Source: Trichoplax adhaerens (Eukaryota > Animalia > Placozoa). From it: a stretch of 64,000 nucleotides of DNA. Within the stretch, counting starts at the first letter, position 1. Every line of letters begins with the position of its first letter. The translations under genes were made by a program, and so were the position numbers. The notes under the pieces were generated by a model. The model ran no database searches and was not told the origin of the DNA. It saw only the letters and a program-made list of their open reading frames with translations. The stretch spans positions 3,292,449 through 3,356,448 of the forward strand of contig NW_002060949.1 in assembly GCF_000150275.1 (NCBI RefSeq). Direction: 5' to 3'. Positions 1 through 13,798 of this stretch are shown piece by piece.

Positions 1-403
1 CAGAACAAAGTGCGGTAGAAATGTTAATTTAATACTAATGGAGCCACATCATTGGCTACTATTATTGCGATAATCTTATTAATATTAAAAGAGGAGTTCT
101 AGCATGGTACATTGCTCAATTTTAAACTACTGTAAATACAGATCATGTAATTAGTTATCAGGATATTATAGCAGCCTATAGGTTAAATGTGCACAGGTTA
201 CAACTAATATAAAATTAGTTTCAGTTCATTTGATATCAAATATTGTATGGCTAGGTGCTGTTAAAATTACGCAATTGAGTACACTATGAAAGCTAATATA
301 TGCTAGGAGGGTTACAAGGCAATTGGAGCACGAAAAATATCGCAATTATGTATTTGATCTCAATACCCGAGTTTAGATATGATATTCTAGCATATTCTCC
401 TAC

Positions 404-1605
404 CTCATTATATTTTAAACGAACATAAGCATGATACCCTGGTGGTATTGCAACTCCTTGAGCCTCAATATCGGCTGGCTCATCAGGCTCGTGAATACGA
501 AACTTTATCCCAACATCTGGCTCTGGATTCATTGTTGTATATTGATCGGCCTCAACATTGAAAGCCAGACGTAGACCATGAGATCTGCCAATTCGTTTCT
601 GATATAATGCTTCATTATCAGCCGATTCTAAATGATTAATATCGGTCAGTTATCTAGTAATTTATTGGTTACTGATTAAGCAATGGGTAAGATATTGTTA
701 ACTTCGTAAATAAGGGGAATTTAACACCTCGATATGCTTGAATTTTTGGCCTAGCTATACAGTACAATGAAATTAAGACTTTCTAGTATCATAGTAGATA
801 TGATCCAAAACGTAGAAATACCGTAGATTGACGGATTAATTAAGTTACAAACTAATCTGCTAACAATTTTACGAAATCAAAGTATATTTTTCTGATTAAT
901 AAAGAAAGGTGCAGTGATAGATTACTTACGTCCATTAAAAAGGAAGCAGTTGCCATATTTTGTATAAGTTAGAGTAAAGTTTTCAGCAGAACATGAATGA
1001 GGTTGATTATCCCAGTTACAATATCGAATCAAAATTTGGCGCTGTATGCCAACCTTTGATAATAAATCTAAATCATCGTTAGTATTGCGAGAATAATTGA
1101 CGAGGTCGTTTCTGAAACTAAATTCACTCCTTTTAGATGGTGCTTGTGGTGCATTCATTAAGCGCAACAAATATTGTAGACGATAATGATTGCTTTCATT
1201 AATAGTAGAATTACGAAATCGATTAAAGTTACAAATAGTAACGGTAGGAAATCGTATCCGCGGTGGTATCTCATTTTTAATGACAATTTTAGTTGGATTA
1301 CTGATTAAATAGATCATTCGATCGGCGCATTGAATAATGCAAATTGTAGCCATAGCAAGAGTAAGAAATACCCAACTTAAACGACGTAGTTTTGGGGTCT
1401 CATCATCAAAGACGTGACTAATACCATGGCATGATGTCCTTTTAGCAAAATCTTCTTCATGCTGATATGAAATATTGAGTGAGCTCTGTCGCTGTGAGAA
1501 AAAATCACTATCTTGTGATTGATCTTTCGTGCTTGTCGTAATAGTAGTTATTGTACTAAAATCAACACTTGGCTTTCGTGGCCTTTGCTGGAAATTTCTA
1601 TCCAT
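404..1605 (-). CDS. DEG/ENaC (ASIC/ENaC superfamily) sodium channel subunit, paralogue 1; first two coding exons only, gene runs off the left edge
   Basis: Exon 1 1605-930 (donor gtaagt): HG motif (TSCHGISH), TM1 (LSWVFLTLAMATICII), FPTVTICNFN, YGNCFLFN. Exon 2 627-404 (tttag acceptor, gtagga donor) joins in phase 1: ALYQKRIGRSHGLRLAFNV...PDVGIKFRIH...IPPG. Confidence 0.95.
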
Positions 1606-4002
1606 ACTCTTCTGTCTAATTTCGTTTTTCTTTATTAATATTTATATTTTCTTCTCAGTTCTATTTATTTTATACCGGTATTTTATGCTATAGCTACGGG
1701 GGTTGAAATAAGTGAAGCGCTTGTGGGTTCTAATTGGAAATGAAATAAAATCGATATCTTCAATCGACGAAAGAGAATTAAAGGTATTACGGAGCTGGCA
1801 GGATTGATAAAGTCGAATCTTAATTTCTTGATTAAAAGCGACTAGAATAGAGGATAAATGTTGCCAAGGAAGGTTAAGAATAACGACGATATCAAGGTAT
1901 GATGAAGATTTTCAATTGATAGACGATGACAGAAGATTTAAGGCTGATCTTGATTAATGCTACAGAGGATCAATAGAGAATATAATTTCCTTTTTCAAAC
2001 TATTATTTACTGAATGGTATTAGTGTGTAGAGTAGAGAATAAATTTTCTAGTTCCGATTAAAAACGATGGTTAAAATGGATATCGCTAATTGACAGAAAA
2101 TAGAGCGATTAAGATGGTTGCTTCCAAATGTTGGATACAGTCAGTTTTGAGACTTGATAGGCTTTGGCGGTTGAATAAAATGATAAGCTTTGTCAATTAA
2201 GATTAAAAATGATGATATCAAGTTTTAAACCCAGATTTTTAGTCGATGAAGGGGATGGATGGATTACTGGAGGGTGGATCAATGCTAGATAAAATGGTTT
2301 AAAACGGTGTCTTCGTAACGCTCTTTCATATGCTGCAAAGTAACAGGAATAAAAACTGAGGCTAAATTTACCGCTTTAAAGTTAAAGATGAGAATGGCAG
2401 TATGTGGAAGAAAGGCTTATATTAAAATCCTTCGATTATGACTGTATAATCTTGACTATTGCAAAGCAATAGCTATTATAAAGATAAGATTTGCCAACTT
2501 AGATCGAAAATGATATATCAGGATAAGGAATTGATGAAAGGTTGAAGTACAATATTTTTCAACCAAGGAATTTTGTTAGCGAACAAAAATTAGAAGTAAG
2601 CTGGTATTTCAAAATGTTGAAGGCAGTTATAGATAGCTTGAAAGAAAGTAACCATCATGATGATTCAATTTATCTGCAGGATTGATGGTATTTTGTCAAT
2701 ATAATCACTATAAAACTATCGTTAAATCGTCAAAGAATTGACAGTTACTGGTACTAAGTTAAATTTCTTGACAGACAAAACGATTATTTCCTTGATCAAA
2801 TGGAAAAATTGTTTATCTATTAGAGAGCTTCGATCTTGATTAAAATGAATTTTATCGTTGTTCAAGGCCTCATATCCATGAAATCAAGATTTCTAGAATC
2901 GTAAATATATAAGTAATCAATCAATTGAATTTTAATACCTATCAAAAATTACAACTAGGAAAGATATTGTATCATCTATGTTTGATAATTTTCTAGGGAG
3001 ACTATCAGTGAATTATGATCTTAATATCAAGATTTAATATGGTAAGGTAACATGAGATCATTTGTTATAGCTTCTGATAGATTTGAACTAAATGTTTGTA
3101 AAATGAAGATTAATTACAGTCAGATAGAATAAGAGGATATTTTCTTGAATAACATTGATTAATTGATTGATGAAATACCACAAGTATTCTAGTGATTGTT
3201 GAAATAAATATCATCAGCTAAATTTTATAACGCATTACGGTACGACTTAAAAGACGGAAGCAATTCAGATTCATGCAAGACAAGCTGCTCATATTACCTA
3301 AATAAAATGATCAAGTGATTAATAACCAACAATATCGATATCCTTAGTCGTTTTATTTCTATTTCAAAATTTCATCATCATGACTGGTCAAAACAATGTC
3401 TACGACTAAGAATTCATTATTCAAGAAGGGACAATGCCCCGTCTTAATATCAAATTAAGTGGTATGATTTTCACTATGATGCAAGGAAAAAAATTTGTTT
3501 ATTTTGTGCCCACATGTTGATTAAGATATGTTACCAGAAATATAGAGGGATAGCAATTGATTACGTTTCGTCTGCCGTAGATATAAAAATCCACCAATAT
3601 CGATAACCATCTGGTGTTATTGATATAATTGGATTCTTAATTATATTTTTTATGCGTCATCACATATCCAATTCGAATTCTATCATCGGCTTTCATAGCA
3701 ATCAATCCATTCATGTTTACATATTTATTCTCCATAGAGCGTTCCTCCCACTTAGCTTACTGCTATTTCCGTCTGGATAGCGGCCTAGTTAGAGTAGTTG
3801 GGTATGGAGTACGGTATAGAAAATTCGCTTAGAATTGGTTTATATCTTGGCTGAATTATATCTTAACTTACCAATAAATTCATATTATGAATCTTATCTA
3901 ACAAAACTAGATAGGCTGACTAGATAAGAAAACAATAATCGGCGTTGATTGGTAATAAAAGTAATGAATTTTAACCACATGTTATCATCACGTTGTAATT
4001 AG

Positions 4003-4614
4003 GTGTTGGCATCCGGGGTCAATTCTTTTCGATCAGTTATATTTGTTGTAATAGATAAGTCATTTGATGTTGTTGTCACCCTGAGTAGGTGTTTGCATCC
4101 GAGGTCAATTTGTTTTGATCAGTTTTACTCGGCTACAATTGAGAGTTTGAGCGTGGTAGATAGTAAATTTAACTATAATTCTACAGCTTAAGCATGTATA
4201 ATAAATAGTCAATATAGAATAAACTTATTCCGTTCTAAAATCGATTTTGATATTATATATCTTATCTAGCCAAGTCAAGCAGGTTAGATTAGAGACAATC
4301 GCTCACAATCGTATCTTATTATCATTGCTTTGTTATTAGATGTTAGATACTTAGCGTCAACTAATCATGATCAATTATCAATTAATATAAAATTAAGATA
4401 GAATGTCTATGTTTTAAAATTGGCTCTGATTAATTTTTTAACCGTTTCATTGCCCGCTCCGATTTTATGCTTTCTTATCCTATCTGAGTAACTAGAATAA
4501 ACAGGCTAGATAGGAAGTTTCATACACTGATTAAAATTGGAAACTATCGATTATCAATTGAATTTTATCATCAAATTTCAGTGTACATCCGGAGTCAATC
4601 TATCTTGATCAGTT
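4003..4614. repeat. Three copies of a ~35-bp motif (GTGT..CATCCG..GTCAAT......GATCAGTT)
   Basis: Copies at ~4003-4038, ~4090-4125, ~4581-4614, with weaker similarity upstream (ATCTTATCT...CTAGATA). Confidence 0.75.
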
Positions 4615-7600
4615 CGTACACGCCATTAAGAATAGTGTTTTAGGCGTATGCTCTGACATACACTCTGTAAAACTTTAGGACTACAGTAGTTAGGAGAATA
4701 ATTGAACTTATTTGTTTGTTGTAGTCATTACTTTTTAATTAGGCAATTAGGCATAGCACTTAAGATTAATTTATTTTGATTATATATATCAACTGGAACC
4801 TTTTAGGTCGAGATTGCAGACTATAAATTTATTTAAAATATCCGGACTTTCACTACTGGTCCTTTTAAAATAGTCTTAGCCTAATTCTATCTTCGATTTC
4901 AGCTATCTTTCTGCACTATGAACTTTACTATGACCATTGCATCTGATTTCATGTCAGCGGTACACCACAATTAATTATTAATGACTCTATACAGTACTGT
5001 CAAATAAATAATCGTAATTTAGTCGAATTTAAAATTCAGCACAAGAAGCAGATCTGGTAAGCAATTATTATTTAATACTACCTCAACAATATATCCAAGT
5101 GGTATAAGGCTTGAGCTGTATTAATTTATCCAATTCATTCTATTTACTGTCAATGATGTAACGCTTCATCATCTATTTATTCATGTCTGCTATAATACAT
5201 ACTGATAAGTTGGAAGAGTGATTTAGTTTTCCCTGGAATGTAGGCTGTAAATAGATTAACGTTTGCATTAATATTAGTTTAGACGTTAATAGCAACCAAA
5301 TTATAAGTAAACGAATATTAAAATTAACATTGTAGCTTTGTTTTCTCGTATCAGATTATTACTCTTGCAGTAACTTCAGCGAGAGAATCAGAACACTTGT
5401 ATATGACCATCTTATAGTTGAAGATATAAAATCTTCAATTATCTCTCCATTTAATTCGATAGATTGTATTTACTCTGAGGTAGCAGTATTAACGAAACTA
5501 TACCAGGTCTTATTCTAGTAATAAGTTACCAATAATTAATTAATAGATTAATTTAGAGAGCAGAGAAATATTTACTACTTTAGATCTTTTACAAGTTCAT
5601 TAAAATCTTCTTATACTGTAATTGCAAAGTTTGGATATCTGTATGATAATGGCACAGCAATCTAGTCTAAATAGTAGAATGCATGTTATCAGAATTAGCA
5701 CTCTATGCACTGGAGTAATTTCTCTAAAATCAATAGAAAATTTATTTCAGATCTCAATAATGAAACTATTCCGGCCTACAATTAGGACTATATTTATTGC
5801 TGCATTGTTATAGAAATAGTAGAAGATGACGAGTAATTATAGTTAAACGATTTTACAGTAGCAAAATTCCTAAATTTATAAGTTGAAACAATTTATATTC
5901 GCTACTAACTGTAATGAATGCAGATAAATACAGTTTATACATTCTGTATATTTTGATCAATTGAACTTAAAAGAAAGGCATCAGATAGGTGTAGTCGCAT
6001 ATTCTATATGTATTGATCACTTTAACGAAAATATCTATCAGTAAAATATGGTAGTCATATTATGAACTATTTTCATCCTACTGTTTGTCTTATATTAAGT
6101 ATAATATGATTGATAATGAATATTGTTTTGAAAGCGAATGCAACAAGAACCAATTACTAGTGGTTGAAGTCTCGACAATATGGCATTTTACTCATATGAC
6201 AGGTTAGCTTTATTGATTGAGTGAGGGAATGTTAGAGGTGAAGGTTAGAAAAAAATCAAGGTTAGGTGTGGTATTTATTGATAGTGGAAATGAGTTAACA
6301 GATGGAGTCAAGGGTTTGAACTATTTGCCAACGAAAACATGTTTACAAAAGTTGAATAAAGGAGTCCGATATTACATTGGTTGCAATTCATTTTGAATTC
6401 ATAAAATTTAAGCTTTAAAATATTTAAGACAAAATATTATTAATAATTTTTTGTCGCAATAGTTGATATTAAAATAAAAATATAGTACTGTTGTGATAAA
6501 TTTGATCAGCGACTATAATCACTTTTAAAAGATTTGCATGTCAGAAGTGGCATGCTGATAAAAGCTAGATTCTAATGTAAGAGTCGTAAATATCTTATTT
6601 CCAATCCTCTTTATTAAAGCTTGATATTAAAACTAGACCTTACTATTTAGAACTTTATTTAGCGTGCTGTATTCCACTACGATTGGATCATACGTTTAAT
6701 CTGACGGTACTTCTGCTATTTACATATTTATCGTTAATTAATTATTGTTGGTACGAATAAGCTGAAGGTTAAAATAATTCATTTGTTCAGACTTCAGAAT
6801 AAATTGATACTACTATCATACATTTAAAAGATATGACCCTGCTCTCTTCTAATAACAATTGATGGATAAAATAGGAGGAATTTAGGTATATTAAATATCG
6901 AGATTTGCTCTCTATAAGATTAGCTGCCTGCTGTCATCTATTGTGACCTAGATGAAACGTTCATAGTAGCTGATTATGAAATAAGTTTAATAAATAAAAC
7001 TCAAATTGATACTAGTCACATCGTGTTCGATATTTAATTCAGGCATGTTTTTAATACCGCGATTGACCGATAAAGGCCAGTTTTTCCCCTAATAATATAT
7101 ATCTTACACGAATAATTTATTCATAATTGCACCTACATTTAATAAGCTGAAGTATACGTAATTTTTAGTATATAATAAAATTTAAATATGATATTAGTTT
7201 GCATAGATAATCTGTAACATTTACTATTCTCATCATAGGTGGGTACATAAGGCTAATTTCTTCCTATAATAAATTTCTCACTTGGGTGAGATACTCATAA
7301 TAACAATTGCGGTCAATAACCTGCTTAAGCAGTATTTACAATTTGTAATGGCTTGCATCTAAATAGAATTTAAATTTTACATGAAGTTGCGTACTGTCAA
7401 ATCTAATCCTGTATTGTAGAAAATAATCAGTTTAATTTTATTTGTAATGTCATTTATATACTTTTTTCATGTAACATCTCGATTTATTAAATGCCCAGAT
7501 ACGATTAAGAGCTTTTTATATCGTCAAACACATACACTATACTATAATATGCAATTTTGCTTAAGAAAATACAGTAATTCGAATTGAAAATTTACAGGAA

Positions 7601-8880
7601 TTCAATACAATCTTACATATATCCAGTGTGAATATTTAAGCTCAATTTTAAGCCTTTCTTTACACTTTAGTAAGATAGCAGTAGTCTCGTTCACTATAGT
7701 TTCTTAATAGTAGGGTGGATAAAATAGCGGCAGCAAGTACTGTATATTCATGATATAAGATAAGATTTAATTGTACCGTATCTTACACATTCGAATGCCA
7801 TAACAGTATGCATAAAAGCAAACCTTCTTACAAAGATCTTTTAAGATTTCACTCCTCATTTTTATTGTTATGAGCTTTACCCTATATGAAATGTAGCTTA
7901 CAATAGCATGATTATACTACACCCTTTACAAACCTGTACCAGTTTAATTCTGACGTTATTAATTTACTTTTTTCGTATAACCTATTAACTATTTGTATTT
8001 GTTGAATGTATATGTTATGTATACTAAATATATATATATGGATTTTGTATAGCATAATTAATATGAGTATTTATCCATCTTATATTACAGCTCATGTCTA
8101 CCGTTAGTAAATTTGCTTAATTCATGTTAAGCGCCATGCATATACGCAACGTATAATATAATAACTATAAAGAATGATCAGTGTCTTACAATAGGATTAG
8201 CTAATGTTAGGGTTAGCCTTAGCTATGATTCAACTCTAGCATTAGTTTGTATGCTCATTTTACCCTAAATATCCGAATATAGAATGGCAAAAGCAATAAG
8301 AAACAAGACTATCATTAAGATATAATTTAATAATAATTTTCGGTATCTTACATAACCATAATAGCGATAACACAATAGTAAAACTAAAATTACGACATTA
8401 AAACTATTTAACTCCACCTGCTTGAACTACCAGGATATATTGAATATTATTTTGATCTAAATATCAAGGGCATATTATAAGTTAATCTAATTAGAGAAAT
8501 TAGAATTTAATTCTATTTATCGACATATGACCAATGCTGTAGATTAACAAGTCTTTCTGGTTAGAAATCTTTGAAACAATATGGATTAGCTTGATGGGTA
8601 GTATCAAAAGTGTAGCTCAAATAGGATATATTATCTTATTTTTGAAAATTAAAATACCTAATTATGATATCATAGCTAATTACATAAATGGTCAATGAGA
8701 ACATATCATTTATTATCACATTTAATTTTATTATAGTTTATCCATTAGTGAAATTGACTTCCAGGACAACTCCAACGCAGTTACGCATATTAGAACTACC
8801 TTACTGCTGTAAATCATATGATTTATTGAATAGTAAATATTACCGATGATAATCTAAACATCGAACTACGTAGCTAGACC

Positions 8881-11800
8881 CTAGTCAATACTGGATGGAC
8901 TAATTCGAATATTTGCGAGATGTTCACTGTTAGACCTTCTAAACTTAGACTTTATTCCGTTTGATCTTACATTATGTGATGAAATGCTTTCATTGACTTT
9001 AAAATTATGGACATTAGTGGATAAATTACCACGAACAGATGTTGATGAAGCCATTGATTCGGGGCGCCTTTTTTCTCGTATACTTTGCATTCGTCGGCTA
9101 ATTTCACGTTTGCTTCTTTTCGTTTGTTGAAAGCATTTATCATAGATGTATTCAAAAAATTCGAACATGGTAAGGAAACTACCGCCAACAAAAAGTCCTA
9201 ATTGACCACCAATATCACCTAATCAATGTAATTCAAAGAAGAGAAATAGGTTGATTAAAAAGTAGCCTTTATATCACTCTTTACATCTTAATAATATATC
9301 CATGTGATAGTAGTGACTTGTTATTTCTTAGGGATAATTACTTAGAAATGCCACAAATCCGCTAGCCTGTTTTTGGATTGTCTTAAATAGGTATAAGTCC
9401 TTATAATAGACATCAAGGAAAGCAAAATTTTCGCTAGAATAAGTAAAAATAACGGTTATGTTGATAAATAATTCTAGTATCATATAAATTGACTATAATT
9501 ATACAACGAAATCAAACAATGAAATTTTGTTTCATGAGTTTTAATTAATATTTTTATAGTAACTTCCTTCTGTAACGAACTGCATAATAATTCTAACGCG
9601 AAAATAGTTATGTTTATAATGAAGAAGTACGAGGTATCTCGATATGCATTAGTATTTGCACTACACATTATATTTTGATTTTATCAAGCGATGTAAGACT
9701 AAATTAAACTTGTTAATCACACTTGAACAAAGATAGGAATTTCTGAGTAACCATCTAAGCTAGAGGTATATTGACTATAGTAAATGCCGCAGTAGTAATA
9801 ATCTCCTTGAAAAAATGCAAGGATTTTAATATGTAAATATTAATGCTAACATAAAACGTTGCCGATATACATTATGTAAACGATAGAAGACCACAGTATA
9901 TGGTTATGAAACTAAAATAAATTTGTTGACACCACTAGAGTAGCGAATAATTTTATGGAAAGGTACAGGTATTTTAATACGTAATTATTAAAATTGTTAT
10001 CATATATTAGAAAATATTCTACATCCGATTTTGTCAGACATTATTTTATTACAAAATTCAGATGAACTGATTAACAACATTATGTTTGAGAAAGGATTTT
10101 AAGGAGTTTATATTTGCTTTGATACCGTATGAATTCCAATTTGGACATTGTCAGATTTAGGCGTTGATTTCTTGCATTTTCAATTATTTTAGTCACATTG
10201 TATTGATCGCTAATGTCGTTAACCACAACTTGGGAAGGGATTAACGCATACGACACTTCGACGTTGTATTCTGTTTGCACGCAAGCTACAGGACATACAT
10301 TTGTATTGATACCGACACTAACTGGATTAGAGCTACCTATGAAGGAAAAGCGCTTCTTTTAATTTACTAACAATGAAGTAATAGAGATAGTTCAATATTT
10401 TCTTATCTGGGCAAAATAGCATATTATCGAATAGATAAACCTACTCATAAGTGGTAAAACGCATTCAAGCATTATTTCAGGTGAACATGGAGTTAAATTT
10501 CCTTTAATTTAGAGAGGGTGAGATCGGAAAAACAATAATTAAGATATCTGAGATATTTTTGTTTAAACGAAATACTCTTATTATACATTATTATTATTAT
10601 GAAATTTGCACATATTTTCGTATTTTAGTCTAACTTATTAATATCTATTCTTAGAGTGAAATCTGATAACAAACGCCTATCAATTATCAATGTACGTTCT
10701 AGCAAATATTTTCATGTAATGTCTAGCAAATAGCATTATATAATATCTAGTTAATAGCATTATATAATATCTGGTAAATAGCTTTATATAATACTATTTA
10801 TTCTAGTATTATCATACGTCTATTATCTCTCGTTTAAGCTTAATAATGTACATCAAAACATATCACTGCAGTCACTATAGCTTGTTATTACTGTAAATAG
10901 TATTTAGCACTATCCTTGCTTATCCTGTAAGGCTTTGGTTGAGCTATAAATATAGTCGGCATGTAAAATTGAAAATACGGTAAAACTATTATGATTTAGT
11001 ACTTTAAATTGGCTTGTTTAGGACTTACTAGCATGGTGTGGCTCAACGCATCCGCATCTTTGCAATATGAAATCAATTTCTTTTTCTCTCCTGCATGATG
11101 ACACCGAATAATGATCGAAATACTTGAGCTTTTGTGAACCACATTGACCCCATGGTTTTGGTAGGCCTTCAATAACCTTATTTAATTGAAGATAAATCTT
11201 CATTGTCACTGATATGATTACAATTATTCAATTATTATTACGATTCATTTGCAGTTAAAATGTAAACTTTATCGCAATATTCAGTTCTTATAATTTACTT
11301 TCACACTCCAGATATTAATTCAATTTTATAACTATAACTTGATATCTGCACCGAATGGTAATTAAAGATTATATTGTCTTTTGAGGGTCATTCGGTAATT
11401 GATATTAGGTAAGTATTGATTATAGTAACTTTTATATTGTGATTGCACCGCAAGCAGGTACGACTAGTTATGTAAGGTAAAATCAACCTACAAGTACAGT
11501 ACACTCGTACTAAAATATAAATTACTACCAATCAATGTAAGTATCTCAACGATGATTTTAGAGAATAATATGATGTTTTTAGGTTTTTAAATACTAAATA
11601 ATCATTAACGTGTGATAAATCTAGCATAGGAATATTAAATAGGACTATCAATTGTGATAACGATATTTATACAGTATTGAAAAACTATAAATCCTTAGCG
11701 ATTCATGATTGTAAACTATCGGTATTAACTCAGAAATTATTGCATGGAATTACAGATTGAAATAGCTGTACTTTAGATTAATTATCAGTCATAAGATATT

Positions 11801-13798
11801 CTTTTGCATATAGATTACGGCTAATATCCAATAAAGAAGAAAAAGTATCAGTATGCTAATACTTGTCCACAATTTGATCACTGATGTATGCTATTAACTT
11901 ACATCAGCTCCAGGTATGCTGGCATAGGCATGCATACCAGGTGGTATGGACATTCCTTCAGCATCCATTTCAGGTAAATCAGCTGTAGAATGGACGGCAA
12001 ATCGTATTCCTGCATCTGGTGAACCATACGATAATTTTCCAGAGTATTTATATTGTTCAATATTCAAAACTAAACGTAGTCCGTGTGCAGAGCCTTTCCC
12101 ACGCTGAGATAACATACCTTCTTTTTTCGCACCTATTGATACATTAGAAAAGAATCGCTCATTACTTAAGGACCAATATGCATCTAAAGACAACGATTTT
12201 AACTGCTAATGTTATCATTATGACTGGGATGAAAATAGAGTTTTGTGGAGTTTATTAAGCTCTACGTTATAGCTGCTAAAGATGTTAAAATAGCATAGGC
12301 AGGCATCTGCTAATAAACTTATGCACAGCTGTAATACTGTTATCAAATTGGCCTTAGCATCACGATATTGCCATAGGAGTAGGCTATTACAGTTTTATAT
12401 TCTAAAAGGATGTTATACTGTAGGTAAAGAATAACTTACGAAAAGTTTTCGTATTATTAGAGATTACAGCTTTACTTGTTAATTCGTATGACAGCAAAAA
12501 TTATAATTACTGTATATGGAAAATTGATTATGAAATCGAGTTAAAATTGAGGAAATCTTATTCTATTCATTTTTTTATGTAGTGCCACTGTCATTCTCGT
12601 CTAAAAAATGGCGACTTACTAATCACTAAACAAAATAGCCATAAAGATGTTCGCGATATTAATAATATGGAACAATAGTCCAAAGCAATTTTCTCATGGC
12701 ATTATACGACTTATCATACGAGTATGCAAACGTATTATAGGCGAATATCTTAATAATTTCGGAAGTGATAATAGGGAGTAAGTCAAAATTAGCCTTACAG
12801 GTGGTATTTGCAAATAGTTTTCATAATCTTTAAGGCGTAGCATGTATATGGATTAGGGTAGGAAGATGTGAAGTTTTAAAAAAGAGTGTGTGTACTGAAA
12901 ATAAAAATTAAAAAGAAGCTTACAAGCTCTGCGTTCTAGAAAATATATAAAATGAACAGTTATCAACAACTCATCATCCATAGACTTGATCATCGATAGT
13001 AGATCAATAATTTCATCTTAAAAGTATTATCGACGTGTTCTTTAAAGCCACTTTACACTATAACATCTTTGTTACATTAATCGTCGTAATTTTCTGTCTA
13101 TCTAATTAAACTACTTCTATCAATCTTTACTGTCCTATAGAGGAATACATCTATAATATACATGCATCTAATGAGGAATGCTATGCTGTAAAAATAGATA
13201 TCTAAAACAGTATTTCAGTTTTCTGACCTGAATTAAAGGTATAACAATTGCCGTAAATGGTAAAAATGGTTGTAAAATTTTCTGGACCACAAACTTGATC
13301 ATCCCATAAACAAGAGACAATTATATCATTTTTACGATGGCCTAAATCTTGCGTTAAATTTTGTAAATGGAAATCAACTCCTGTTTTATTACGGAAATAG
13401 CTTGTTGCTAATTCCAGGTCTTTCTTGTTGATAGCTCCTTTTCGATGATAGATTCTAAGAAATGTCTGCAAGTGTCGATTATCTTCTTCCGATAATGCTG
13501 TTTTGGTAAGCTGATTAAAGTTGCAGATGGTTACTGCTGGGAATATTAAGCTATCTTGGTGTATAATTTCGATATCAATATTCGTTGGAAAGGATAAAAC
13601 ATACTGCAATAATTGGATACTGCCAATCATGCAACCAACACTAGCTGCTAACGTTACTATCGACCACAAATAACGACGTACTTTGGGAACGTCTTGATCG
13701 ACAATATGTCCAAGCCCATGGCAAGTTGTTCTTTCGGCAAATTTCTTTTCCAAGTTGATCGATTTTGATCTTGGCCTTTGCCAAGGATGAGTATCCAT
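8881..13798 (-). CDS. DEG/ENaC sodium channel subunit, paralogue 2 (7 coding exons, ~548 aa)
   Basis: Exons read by hand with GT-AG ends and consistent phase: 13798-13228, 12132-11903, 11176-11029, 10501-10445, 10336-10126, 9433-9342, 9218-8881 (1647 nt). Motifs: TTCHG, FPAVTICNFN, YGNCYTFN, GLRLVLN, PWGQC, CPVAC, ENFAFLDVYY, TM2 SDIGGQLGLFVGGSFLT. Confidence 0.95.
10727..10793. repeat. 24-bp minisatellite x~3 (intron 3 of channel 2)
   Basis: AATAGCATTATATAATATCT(A/G)GT repeated. Confidence 0.85.

Noticed and set aside
1700-2900. Purine-rich plus-strand stretch as coding sequence
   Set aside because: No ORF of 60 aa or more and no recognisable motif; probably the 5' UTR/intron of channel 1.
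4003-4125. CRISPR-like repeat-spacer pattern
   Set aside because: Only two adjacent imperfect copies, no cas genes, eukaryotic intron-bearing context.
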